Shown: positions 1 to 9,338 of the stretch, one piece after another
Layout of the letters: every line of letters starts with the position of its first letter
Position numbering within the stretch: position 1 is the first letter of the stretch
Assembly (NCBI GenBank): GCA_965204375.1
Contig: OZ241986.1
Coordinates: 2,144,001-2,208,000 of the forward strand
Direction of reading: 5' to 3'
DNA length: 64,000 bases
Origin: Candidatus Latescibacterota bacterium
GTDB taxonomy: Bacteria; Latescibacterota; UBA2968
The notes under the pieces: model-generated
Seen by the model: the letters and a program-made list of their open reading frames with translations, nothing else
Told to the model about the DNA's origin: nothing
The model's database searches: none
Program-made: the position numbers and the translations under genes

Positions 1-1742
1 TCAACCACTGGCGTCGTCGGTGCCTCGCCGCTATAAAGCGCCTGCCCCCGCTCGTAGGACACCTCCACCTCGCCATCCCTCACTTCCAGCCGGGGCACAT
101 TGTAATCGCGCGCATCCCGATCCGTGCCGCGCATCACGGCCAAATGCGCGTCCGTCATACCCTCCACCATGTCGTCACCCCAGCGGTTCCACGGATGCAC
201 CATCTCCCCCCCGCTGCGGTGAAAACTCCGCGACGAGTACTTGATCAGGATCCCCCGTCTCGGGATGGGATTCTTCCACGCCGTGGTGCCATGCGTCGTC
301 GAACCATCGGCAAAAAACAGCACATCTCCCGCCTCCATCACCAACTGCTTCACCAGCCCCATGTCATCGTCGCAGGACCGCACGCCCGGCGGCGTTGGGT
401 ATTTCCCCTTGTGAGAACCCGGAACACAGGCAAACCCGCCAAGACCGGGCGGCACATCCCGCAACTGCCATGTAATCGTCACCGCCTCCGAGTAGCTCCG
501 CCCATTCTGAAACTGATAGCCCATCGGCGGATACATCGGTTCCCCAGAATCGTGCAGGGCATGGCCAGACGTCCCTTGAACCGAGCAAAACGCCGACGGC
601 CCACTCATTCGCGCGCCGCTCCCGCCCATCCACGTCAACCTGTGCTGCACGGACGGGTGAGCCACCATCTTCCGAAACGGCTCGCAATACGGCTCGGGAA
701 GATCCAGCAAACCGCCCAACACCGGACGCCCCGTGCCCGCCAGGCTCTTTGACCCCCGCGACAATTCCTCCTGCACCACAATCTGATCCTCAAACTTGTC
801 AATCGCCTCATTCGCCTTCTCCAACCACGCCTCATCCATCACCCCTTTGAGAATCAAATACCCGTTCAATTCCCAAAAATAGAACTCTTTTTCATCGATA
901 TTGGAATTGGGATCCCGACTGTAAATCGAGGGATGAAACACCTCCCGCGATTCATCGAGTTTTACTGTCTCGCCATCCGTCACAATCACCGGCGGAGGCG
1001 TCGAATACGCATAATCCGGTTTGTAAAGCGACGCGCGTTGTTCGGGGCTAATCGTCGCCTGCCATTCAGGAGAAGGATCCTCCGCAACCATTGGCCCCGT
1101 CCCGGCAGACTGAATCGCCGCCCGCCCCACATACTCGTAGCTCAACAATCGCCGTGGCCCTTTGCCCTGCCACGGCCGCACCCCCTGCAACACCGTCCCA
1201 GCCACCAGAAACAGATCCCCTGCCTTTAGATCCGGCTGGAACGTCAGACCCATATCATCTACACCCGTAGCCACATCCTCTGGCGTCTCCACATTCACCT
1301 TGTGGGTACACGGCACCATCACGAATCCACCATCGCCCTCTTCCACATCCTCAAGCGCCCAGATCGCCCGCACTGCCTGGCAATACCGGCGCCCATTCTG
1401 AAAATAATAAGCCCTGGCCGGATTTCTCGGCTCATTGCCTCCCACCAGGGGTGCCTCCACATCCCAGGTCTCATCGCACAACAACTCTGGTTCCCGGTCC
1501 AGCCGGAACCCATAGCCTACGATCTGATTCAAATACCACACCAATTGTGGATGAATCATCAAATCCCGAAACAGATCCCGAAGTGGGGAATCCCATCTCA
1601 GCATCCCCTCACTCTGCCCCCCTTTGTCCAGCGCCTCATTCAGTGCCTTCACCTCACCTCGGTTCAATACGCCCGGGATGTGCAAATAGCCTGCCACATC
1701 AAAGCTGTAATTCTCCTCGTTGCTCATCGCTTCCCGGTCCAT
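1..1742 (-). CDS. Tandem two-domain PhyH-type Fe(II)/2OG oxygenase-fold protein (3' end runs off window); paralog of 4215-5954
   Basis: Absent from the ORF track because there is no stop in the window. Manual translation from ATG 1742 (RBS AGGAGG) gives MDREAMSNEENYSFDVAGYLHIPGVL...EKEFYFWELNGYL...GHALHDSGEP...VPGSHK...DGSTTHG, colinear with the 579-aa protein at 4215-5954. Confidence 0.9.
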   Translation of the reverse strand, partial: MDREAMSNEENYSFDVAGYLHIPGVLNRGEVKALNEALDKGGQSEGMLRWDSPLRDLFRDLMIHPQLVWYLNQIVGYGFRLDREPELLCDETWDVEAPLVGGNEPRNPARAYYFQNGRRYCQAVRAIWALEDVEEGDGGFVMVPCTHKVNVETPEDVATGVDDMGLTFQPDLKAGDLFLVAGTVLQGVRPWQGKGPRRLLSYEYVGRAAIQSAGTGPMVAEDPSPEWQATISPEQRASLYKPDYAYSTPPPVIVTDGETVKLDESREVFHPSIYSRDPNSNIDEKEFYFWELNGYLILKGVMDEAWLEKANEAIDKFEDQIVVQEELSRGSKSLAGTGRPVLGGLLDLPEPYCEPFRKMVAHPSVQHRLTWMGGSGARMSGPSAFCSVQGTSGHALHDSGEPMYPPMGYQFQNGRSYSEAVTITWQLRDVPPGLGGFACVPGSHKGKYPTPPGVRSCDDDMGLVKQLVMEAGDVLFFADGSTTHGTTAWKNPIPRRGILIKYSSRSFHRSGGEMVHPWNRWGDDMVEGMTDAHLAVMRGTDRDARDYNVPRLEVRDGEVEVSYERGQALYSGEAPTTPVV

Positions 1743-1876
1743 CGGTGACCTCCTGCTATAAGATTGGGGTTTATTAGTGCATTTAATACATAGTAAGCTA
1801 ATTTCTGGATCAATTCAAAACAAAAATGCTTATAATATGAGGTGCCGCAAAAAAAATTGGACAAGGAGTGACAAAC

Positions 1877-2773
1877 ATGACCACACGAACGCGAAAATCG
1901 CCCGATGAAATCAAAAACATCCTGGAAGGCCCCGTCACATCGATACCGACACCTTTTCTATCAAATGGAGACATCGACTGGAATGGCGTGGACAACATCA
2001 TCGAAACCGGCATTGGAGGCGGCAGTGGCGTCATCTTGCTGACAGCGGGCGATAGCCAGTACTTCTGCCTGAGCGAAGATGAAATCGCACAACTCACACA
2101 ATTTACCATCGGGCGCACCGCTGGCCGCGCCCTCACCATCGCCGCGACCGGGGCATGGCCCACCCGGCAGGCAGAAGCGTTCGCCCACAGGTGTGTCGAA
2201 TGGGGCGCAGATGCGCTCATGTCCGTCACCACATTCCACGGCTCAGACCCCGAAGGCGTGGCCGATCACAATGCCGCAATCGGCAAAATCATCCCGGTGA
2301 TGCTCGTCGGCTATCCCTCGCACCGCGCCCTGGATATGCTCATAGACGAACCCGGCATCTGCTGCTTCAAAGAAGACGGCGACACGGCCTATGCTGTAGA
2401 AACCCTGCAAAAATACGGCCACCACTGGAAAATCATGACCGGAGGCACCCTGTGGCGTCACCTCCTCGAATGGCCCTTTGGCTGCACCACCTTCATGGAC
2501 TGGTCCACCTCATTCGCCCCCCACATCGGCGCGGAATTCCACCAGGCTCTCTGCCGCAACGACATAGCCGAAGCGCGGCGAATCACCGTCGAAATCGAAC
2601 GCCCGCTCTGGGATCTGCAGCCCAATTTTCGAGGCGGCTGGCAAACCATGTGGCGCGCCATCCTCGAACTCTACGGCGTCTCCGCCCGATATCTCAGATC
2701 GCCCCAACTCTCTGCCACCGAAGAAGACCTGGAATTTCTCCGTGCGTCTCTCGACCAGATCGGCCTGCTGTAA
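1877..2773 (+). CDS. Dihydrodipicolinate synthase / N-acetylneuraminate lyase family class I aldolase
   Basis: GPVTSIPTPF..GDID N-terminus, TAGDSQYF.LS..E motif, Schiff-base Lys in CFKEDG; RBS GGAG before ATG 1877. Confidence 0.8.
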   Translation: MTTRTRKSPDEIKNILEGPVTSIPTPFLSNGDIDWNGVDNIIETGIGGGSGVILLTAGDSQYFCLSEDEIAQLTQFTIGRTAGRALTIAATGAWPTRQAEAFAHRCVEWGADALMSVTTFHGSDPEGVADHNAAIGKIIPVMLVGYPSHRALDMLIDEPGICCFKEDGDTAYAVETLQKYGHHWKIMTGGTLWRHLLEWPFGCTTFMDWSTSFAPHIGAEFHQALCRNDIAEARRITVEIERPLWDLQPNFRGGWQTMWRAILELYGVSARYLRSPQLSATEEDLEFLRASLDQIGLL

Positions 2774-2775
2774 CA

Positions 2776-4068
2776 TTAAGGCAACGCATACACCCACATA
2801 AATCTTCGGTCGTAGATCAGGGCTTCCTCCCTGCCGTCATTATTCACATCACACACCTGCATCGCATAGCTATAACCGATGTCATCGAGCCGCGTACGCT
2901 CCAAAATACCCGCTGGACAGTCGGGATGTTTTGCATTTTCTGGCAGTGAAAACGCCAGCGATATCTCGCCATCTCCATCCATCCCCCAGGGCCACCCACC
3001 ATCGGCATACCCGATCCATGTCCGGCTCCCCCGAAGCGCGACAATCGGCCGATTCCTGTGCATGCGGAGCTTTTCCCCGCCTTTTGGAAAACCCATCGGC
3101 CAGACCCGCTCAGTGGGCCTGCTCCACACTTCTGTGCCATCTGGTTCGAAAAGCACCATAGGACCGTTTGGCGAATTGTAGAGCGCGACCTGAAACTCAG
3201 AATCCGAACGAAAACACCCCAGAGCCGTACCCTGGCAATGAATGTGTCCTCTCGAAAAATAAGTCCTGCCTCCCGCCCCAAAAAGGTGCAGCTTATCGGA
3301 CGCGGCAATAGAAAAAACCGGCCCGCTGGCAGTGTGAAACACATCCGTGTAATCCACATGTTGCTGGTCAGCATTCAGTGTTTCCGGGTCAACAGCATCC
3401 ACCGTCCACAAAATCTGCCCATCCATACCCACGGCACAGTATCCGATTAGATATACCTGCTCGCCATCCATATCCAGAGACAGTATGTGGTGCCCACCTC
3501 CCGGAATGGCTTTGGGACCCCATACCGGCTCCAGATCTGCATTCAAACCCAGCACTGGCTCGCCATACCGCCACGAACCATTTCCGACCTCCCCATTTTT
3601 GATCGCAATAGCAGCCTCGTGTTTATCGGTGGACCGTGTAGCGGTCTGGAGGATATAATAATTCTCATCGGGAAGACGGGCGCTCTTTACCTCCTCCCCC
3701 GTCTCACCGTCCAGGACCACAACCCTATCGCCATCTGCTACGACCACCTCAATGCGCCCGTCCCCGTCAATATCCCCCGTGGCGATACAGGCCTCATAGG
3801 AGTGGGAGATATAAGGGATATGCGGCGGATTTGGCTTTCCCCACGTCCACATGCGTCGGCCATCTGCGCGAAATGCCGAGACAGACACGGACTCGGGAAA
3901 CAGCGCGCTTACAAAATCCCAACTCCTGAAAGGCTCTGGCCCAAAGATACCCGGTCCCTGATAGGTGAGAATCTCCGGAATTCCATCTCCATCGATATCT
4001 GCTGGAAAACACTCTGCCCCGCCGTATTCCTCAAACGCGATCTCAAACATACACGATACCGTTGCCAT
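2776..4068 (-). CDS. FG-GAP/VCBS-type repeat beta-propeller protein (possibly PL11-like fold), function unknown
   Basis: Repeated DxDGDGxxE motifs (ADIDGDGIPEI, GDIDGDGRIEV, CDVNNDGREEA). Confidence 0.6.
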   Translation of the reverse strand: MATVSCMFEIAFEEYGGAECFPADIDGDGIPEILTYQGPGIFGPEPFRSWDFVSALFPESVSVSAFRADGRRMWTWGKPNPPHIPYISHSYEACIATGDIDGDGRIEVVVADGDRVVVLDGETGEEVKSARLPDENYYILQTATRSTDKHEAAIAIKNGEVGNGSWRYGEPVLGLNADLEPVWGPKAIPGGGHHILSLDMDGEQVYLIGYCAVGMDGQILWTVDAVDPETLNADQQHVDYTDVFHTASGPVFSIAASDKLHLFGAGGRTYFSRGHIHCQGTALGCFRSDSEFQVALYNSPNGPMVLFEPDGTEVWSRPTERVWPMGFPKGGEKLRMHRNRPIVALRGSRTWIGYADGGWPWGMDGDGEISLAFSLPENAKHPDCPAGILERTRLDDIGYSYAMQVCDVNNDGREEALIYDRRFMWVYALP

Positions 4069-4077
4069 TACCGCCCC

Positions 4078-4200
4078 CTACACAAAACCGGGACTTGCGA
4101 TAAGCCCCGGTACTAACTCAATCTCACCGAGAATAGCCTGCAAATTGGTGCCTCTATGCGAAGCCAGAAAGCCCAGTTGCAAGACCTGTCCAGTCGGCAT
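4078..4200 (-). pseudogene. purN: 5' remnant of phosphoribosylglycinamide formyltransferase (purN-like), about 40 codons
   Basis: RBS AAGGAG + ATG 4200 gives MPTGQVLQLGFLASHRGTNLQAILGEIELVPGLIASPGFV*. GFLASHRGTNLQAIL matches the PurN N-terminal motif (LASGxGSNLQAI); similarity is lost at the palindrome 4084-4111. Confidence 0.6.
4084..4111 (-). terminator. Stem-loop (terminator or palindromic element)
   Basis: aaaaccgggactt-gcgat-aagccccggt; T-run on the minus strand; similar to 6053-6090. Confidence 0.5.
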
Positions 4201-4214
4201 TTTCTCGCTCCTTC

Positions 4215-5954
4215 CTATCCCGACTTCTCCCCCGGCTTCCGATAAGAGGCCGCATACCGGTCGCCCTCTGGATCGTACGACACATGCACCTGTCCATCGT
4301 GTACTACCAACCTGGGCACCGTGCGATCCCGCCCATCGCGTTCGGGACCGCGCATAACCGCAAACTGTTCCTCAGTCATATCCTCCACCATATCGCCCCA
4401 GCGCTCCTGGGGATCGATCACGCCACCGCCCCAGTTGGAATTTTTGGACTGATATTTAACCAGCACACCCCGTCTGGGAATCGGATTTTTCCACGCCAGC
4501 GCGCCGTGTGTACACCCGCCATCCATAAAAAATAACACATCTCCCGCTTTCATCGCCGGCTGCACCACCAGGCCCATCGTCTCGTCGCACGTGCGGATTC
4601 CAGGAGGCATTGAATACTGCGTCTTATGAGAACCCGGCACACAGGCAAACCCACCCAGATCCGGCTCCACATCCCGCAACTGCCACGTAATCGTCACCGT
4701 CTCGCAATAACTCCGCCCATTCTTAAACTGGTAGCCCCGCGACGGACTCATCGGCTCATTCCCATCGTGCAACGCGTGGCCCGATGTCCCTTGCACAGCG
4801 CAAAACACCGTACCGCCACCCGTGCGATACCCACTGGCTCCCATCCAGTTCAGCCGATGCACCACAGCGGGATGGGCAATCATGCGCCGAAACGGATCGC
4901 AATAGGGCGCAGGTAAATCCACCAGACCCGGCAATAACGGCCGCCCCGTCCCCGCCTGACTCTTTGAACCTCGCGCCAGTTCTGCACCAACCTCAATCCG
5001 ATCCTGAAATTTATCTACCGCCTCATTCGCCTTTTCCAGCCATTCCCCGTCCATCACCCCGCGCACCACCAGATACCCATTCAAATCCCAAAAATAAAAT
5101 TCCTTCTCATCAATTTTTGAATTTGGATCCCGAATATAAATCGAAGGATGAAGCACCTCAGAACTATCTTCTACCCACGTCTTTTCGCCATCGGTATTCA
5201 GCACAGGCGGCGGATTAGATCCCTTAGCCCCCGGCCTGTACATCACCGCCTTCTGTTCGGGAGGCGCACTCTCCGTCCACCCGGGTCGCGTTTCGATCTC
5301 AGCACCCGGTCCCGGCCCATTCGACTGAATGACCGCTCGCCCCGCATACCAGTACGTCAACAGCCGTTTCGGCAACCCTGTCCACGGGTGCATCCCCTGC
5401 AAAGTAGATTCCGCCAGCAAAAACAAATCCCCCGCCTTCAGCACCGGCTGTTTCACCAGCCCCATATCGTCCTGCCCTATCGCCAGATCCTCGGGCGTCT
5501 CTACATTGCTCTTATGGCTCGCCTGCACCACCACCAGCCCGCCATCCCCATCCTCCACATCCTCCAGAACCCAGATCGCCTTCACCCCCTGGCACGACCG
5601 GCGACCATTTTGAATGAAATACGCCCGGGACGGATTCCGAGGTTCGTCTCCGCCCACCAGGCCCTGTCCGATCTCCCCTTCCCGGCTACCCAGCAACCGG
5701 GGTGCCTGATCCAGCCGGAACCCATGTCCGATAATCTGGTTCAAATACCAGACCAGTTGCGGATGCACCAGCAAATCTCGAAACAGATCCCGCTGGGGCA
5801 CCTCCCAGCCCAGCATGCCTTCAGACGCGCCTGCCTCGTCCAGTGCCCTGTTCAAAGCCTCGACTTCACCCCGACTCAACACCCCTGGAACATGCAAATA
5901 TCCGGCGACATCAAACGCATAATTCTCTTCATTGCTCATCTCTTCCCGGTCCAT
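4215..5954 (-). CDS. Tandem two-domain PhyH-type Fe(II)/2OG oxygenase-fold protein
   Basis: Two repeats of the FDxxGYL..GV / HP.L...L / GG...V.(G/A)SHK / KAGD pattern; the C-domain has LHDG and THG. Confidence 0.9.
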   Translation of the reverse strand: MDREEMSNEENYAFDVAGYLHVPGVLSRGEVEALNRALDEAGASEGMLGWEVPQRDLFRDLLVHPQLVWYLNQIIGHGFRLDQAPRLLGSREGEIGQGLVGGDEPRNPSRAYFIQNGRRSCQGVKAIWVLEDVEDGDGGLVVVQASHKSNVETPEDLAIGQDDMGLVKQPVLKAGDLFLLAESTLQGMHPWTGLPKRLLTYWYAGRAVIQSNGPGPGAEIETRPGWTESAPPEQKAVMYRPGAKGSNPPPVLNTDGEKTWVEDSSEVLHPSIYIRDPNSKIDEKEFYFWDLNGYLVVRGVMDGEWLEKANEAVDKFQDRIEVGAELARGSKSQAGTGRPLLPGLVDLPAPYCDPFRRMIAHPAVVHRLNWMGASGYRTGGGTVFCAVQGTSGHALHDGNEPMSPSRGYQFKNGRSYCETVTITWQLRDVEPDLGGFACVPGSHKTQYSMPPGIRTCDETMGLVVQPAMKAGDVLFFMDGGCTHGALAWKNPIPRRGVLVKYQSKNSNWGGGVIDPQERWGDMVEDMTEEQFAVMRGPERDGRDRTVPRLVVHDGQVHVSYDPEGDRYAASYRKPGEKSG

Positions 5955-6052
5955 CTCTGACCTCCTGTTGGAAGATTGGGGTTTGTCTCTACATTATAGT
6001 ACGCCAACTTTTTGCTCAATTCAATCAAAAATTTTTAAAGCTCCGAAAACGC

Positions 6053-6090
6053 AAAACCGGGACCTGCAGCACAGCCGTAAGTCCCGGTTT
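6053..6090 (-). terminator. Probable intrinsic terminator after the desaturase gene
   Basis: aaaaccgggac...gtcccggttt inverted repeat about 25 nt downstream of stop 6116. Confidence 0.6.
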
Positions 6091-6115
6091 AAACACCCTG
6101 TATTTCCCCCGAATA

Positions 6116-7132
6116 TTAAATCTGATGCACCGCCTTGCGCTTCGCGCGCATACTGGCGTGCGATTCTGGCGACCCATCGTGAAACGTGCCAAACCAGTAA
6201 TCAAATGGAAAATCATTCTCGCCGTAATTGCACTCAAAATAGCGGTGATGCAACTGGTGAAAAAACGACGCCGCAGGCATTCTATCACTGCTTCCCACCT
6301 CAATTTTATCAAACCCCACATGTCCTTGCGCTGGTGTAAATGCCGCATGTTGTGCATTCATCAACATGTGAATCGGATGGGACGGCACCACCCAGTGAAT
6401 CAGAATACAGCTAAAATACAACAAATGCTCAATCGGGTGCATAGCCAGCCCGGACCAGGGTCCAATATTGATATTCTTGTGATGCAAATAGTGCGCGGAC
6501 TTGTACAGGGGTTTCCAATGGGTCAGACGGTGAACCCAATAAAAATGGAACAGCCGCCAGAACTGAATACCGCACAGCAACGCCACAAAATAAACCGGTT
6601 CTGTGCGCCAATCGACATAGGGAATTATCTCATTGGCAAATGCCCACATAGAAACCACTTCATAAGCCGTCCAGATCGTTCCCCCACTCACACAACTCCA
6701 AAAAATATTATCGCGCAATTGATTGCCCCACAAAAATTTGCGGTTCGATGTCGCGAGCCATTTCGACGTGTATTTATACCGCGTGCCCTGCGCCTTGAAC
6801 CTGTAGAAATACACATGCCACGCGCCTGCAATGACGATGAGCATCGCAATATTGCGCGCATACATCTCGGCAATCCAATCCACGCGGAATTCCGCACAGC
6901 GCTCGAGCGCGGGTTGTAAATAAAGCCAGGTACCAATGGCAATAAGCATATAAATCGCGTTCCAGGGCCACAAATAGCCCGGAAAACCGAACATCCACTT
7001 CAGTGCCTCAACAGGACGCGGGGGCCATGCAAAAATCGGTGCAGGCTCCGGGCGTTTTGCGGGCTGCCACTCGCCACTTTCATTCCGAGCAACGCCATCT
7101 ACAACTTCTCTCTCCACTCTGGTATCAGCCAT
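6116..7132 (-). CDS. Sterol desaturase / fatty acid hydroxylase superfamily membrane di-iron enzyme
   Basis: His boxes HFYWVHRLTH, HYLHH, HPIEH, FHQLHH; CNYG...FDYWFGT; hydrophobic segments. Confidence 0.88.
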   Translation of the reverse strand: MADTRVEREVVDGVARNESGEWQPAKRPEPAPIFAWPPRPVEALKWMFGFPGYLWPWNAIYMLIAIGTWLYLQPALERCAEFRVDWIAEMYARNIAMLIVIAGAWHVYFYRFKAQGTRYKYTSKWLATSNRKFLWGNQLRDNIFWSCVSGGTIWTAYEVVSMWAFANEIIPYVDWRTEPVYFVALLCGIQFWRLFHFYWVHRLTHWKPLYKSAHYLHHKNINIGPWSGLAMHPIEHLLYFSCILIHWVVPSHPIHMLMNAQHAAFTPAQGHVGFDKIEVGSSDRMPAASFFHQLHHRYFECNYGENDFPFDYWFGTFHDGSPESHASMRAKRKAVHQI

Positions 7133-7165
7133 TGTACACTCTCCTCAAATGGTTGAGACTACGTA

Positions 7166-7825
7166 CTAAATCCTCCCGCTGACCCACTGAATACCCCGCA
7201 TTAACACCGACTGAAAATTTGCATCCTTCCACGTCTGATTGTCGTGCCCACTCTGAAAGCAAAACACCCGCGTACCATTGTATTGTCGCGTCCAGCCAAT
7301 CGACTTCATACACGCCGGGTGATCTGTCGTCAACAGCAAATGGCTATCCGAATCTGGTTCACCCATCACATAAGTCTCATCGATCATCTCCCAATCGGAC
7401 ATCCCGCTCGTAATCGGATGATCCCCATCCTCTACCGCAATCCGCATCACCTCATCGTGGCTGAACGATTCAAACGATCCCGCCACAACACCGGCCATCT
7501 GCACCCAGGGATCCCAATTTGGAAATGCCAGAATCGCGTGGTGCAACAACACCATACCCTTGCCCGTTGCCAGCCAGGACTCCAGCGCGCTTAGCGGTCG
7601 CCCCATCCACCCGGGACGGTTCTCATCTGTCGGACCTTCCTTATGCATATTGTAAAACACAACCGCATCGTAGAAATCGCGCTCCTCTGCTCGTGGCGAT
7701 GCAAAATCCTCCAGAGACTGAATATAGGCATCCACGCCTTCAAGATTGCGAAACAACCCGTGAAAATTCGGCACATCAAAACGGTGGCCGCCGGTCACCA
7801 CCGCAACCTTAATAGAATCGCCCAT
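7166..7825 (-). CDS. ThuA-like domain protein (class I glutamine amidotransferase fold)
   Basis: VVTGGH, GKGMVLLHHA, HPIT.G...DETY, GWTR.Y...RVF..SGHD, RGIQW. Confidence 0.85.
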   Translation of the reverse strand: MGDSIKVAVVTGGHRFDVPNFHGLFRNLEGVDAYIQSLEDFASPRAEERDFYDAVVFYNMHKEGPTDENRPGWMGRPLSALESWLATGKGMVLLHHAILAFPNWDPWVQMAGVVAGSFESFSHDEVMRIAVEDGDHPITSGMSDWEMIDETYVMGEPDSDSHLLLTTDHPACMKSIGWTRQYNGTRVFCFQSGHDNQTWKDANFQSVLMRGIQWVSGRI

Positions 7826-7847
7826 AAGATATCTCCCTTAAAATAAT

Positions 7848-9290
7848 CTATCTCCCTCGATTTGTCTCCCAAACGGGTCTTTCCTGCCACGGCTCAAAAC
7901 CTGGATTCTCCTCGGGAATTTTGGCTTCGATCTCCTCCTGCCATCCCTTCAGAAGCTCGTGCAATCGATCTCGTACATCGGGCAATTCATCGGAAAGGTC
8001 ATGCGCCTCGCCAATATCCTCTCGCAAATTGTACAACTCGACATGCCCGGATTCAAAAAACTCGATCAGCTTATAATCCCCCGCCCGAACAGAAGATCCA
8101 GGTGTCCCTCCTTGATTGCCATAATGCGGAAAATGCCAGAAAATCGCATCGCGCGCCAGATCGTCCCCCTTTAACAAAGGCGCGATACTCACGCCATCGC
8201 AATGCTGCTCGGGAATCAAATCCAGACCCGCCATTTCCAGTATCGTCGGATAATAATCCGTACTCGTCACCGGAATATCACAAACAGACCCCGCCTGTAC
8301 CACGCCGGGCCATTTGACAATCAGCGGTTCTCGCGTTCCGCCTTCATACATCCAGCCCTTGCCTTCAGCAAGCGGTGCATTGCACGTTGGCGAGCCTTCA
8401 CTCGTCGCCAGCCCACCATTATCTGAGGTGAACATAATCGCGGTATTATCGGCAATACCCGCAGCTTCCAGCGTATTCAGGATGCGCCCCACACTTTCAT
8501 CCATGCTCTCAATCATCGCGGCGTACACCGGATCGGACTGCACCTTCCGCCGCGTAATGCGCCTATCCTTTTTGTGTTCCCCCGGAAAAAAATCGCCCTC
8601 CTCAAACGGCTCAATTTTATCCAGCCCCATCTTCTTCGCTTTCTCCTCGTACTTCTCGATCTTTTCTCGCTTCGCCTGAATGGGCGTATGCACCGTATAA
8701 TACCACAGATTCAGGAAAAACGGTCGATCATCGCGGTTCTCGATCAAATTTATAACGCGATCCGTCAAATAATCCGTCAAATACGTATCATCCGGCACAT
8801 CCACATCGTCCAGCACTGGAATCGTCCACGGACTAAAATAACCCCCACGCCCGGGAGAACCGTGTTCGCATCCGCCAACATTCACCTCAAACCCGTGTTC
8901 TTCGGGATAAAACCCAGGTCCCCCCAAATGCCATTTGCCAACATGCCAGGTCGCATAGCCCCCATCCTTCATCGCCTGTGCAATCGTGCGTTCTTCATGG
9001 GGCAAATACCTGAAATAGGGCACATCAATCAACTTGCCGCGATTGGGATGATTTCTCCCTGCCCAATCGATAAAATTCGTCACCCCAACCCGCGCGGGAT
9101 ATTTGCCACTCATCACACTCGCGCGCGTTGGCGAACACACCGGGCACGACGCGTACGCATCCGTAAACTTCATCCCCTCGGCGCACAACCGATCCAAATT
9201 GGGCGTCTCGTAAAATTCACTTCCGTAACACGTCGAATCTGCCCATCCGTAATCGTCCAGCAAAATAAAAATAATATTGGGTTTTTTCAT
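7848..9290 (-). CDS. Cys-type (formylglycine) sulfatase
   Basis: KPNIIFILLDD, CSPTR motif, GKWHLG, SDNGG, KGWMYEGG.R.P; start MKKPNI at 9290. Confidence 0.93.
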   Translation of the reverse strand: MKKPNIIFILLDDYGWADSTCYGSEFYETPNLDRLCAEGMKFTDAYASCPVCSPTRASVMSGKYPARVGVTNFIDWAGRNHPNRGKLIDVPYFRYLPHEERTIAQAMKDGGYATWHVGKWHLGGPGFYPEEHGFEVNVGGCEHGSPGRGGYFSPWTIPVLDDVDVPDDTYLTDYLTDRVINLIENRDDRPFFLNLWYYTVHTPIQAKREKIEKYEEKAKKMGLDKIEPFEEGDFFPGEHKKDRRITRRKVQSDPVYAAMIESMDESVGRILNTLEAAGIADNTAIMFTSDNGGLATSEGSPTCNAPLAEGKGWMYEGGTREPLIVKWPGVVQAGSVCDIPVTSTDYYPTILEMAGLDLIPEQHCDGVSIAPLLKGDDLARDAIFWHFPHYGNQGGTPGSSVRAGDYKLIEFFESGHVELYNLREDIGEAHDLSDELPDVRDRLHELLKGWQEEIEAKIPEENPGFEPWQERPVWETNRGR

Positions 9291-9338
9291 AATGGTTTCC
9301 TCGGCAGGCGGCACGGATATAGGGATAAAGTCCTGCGA

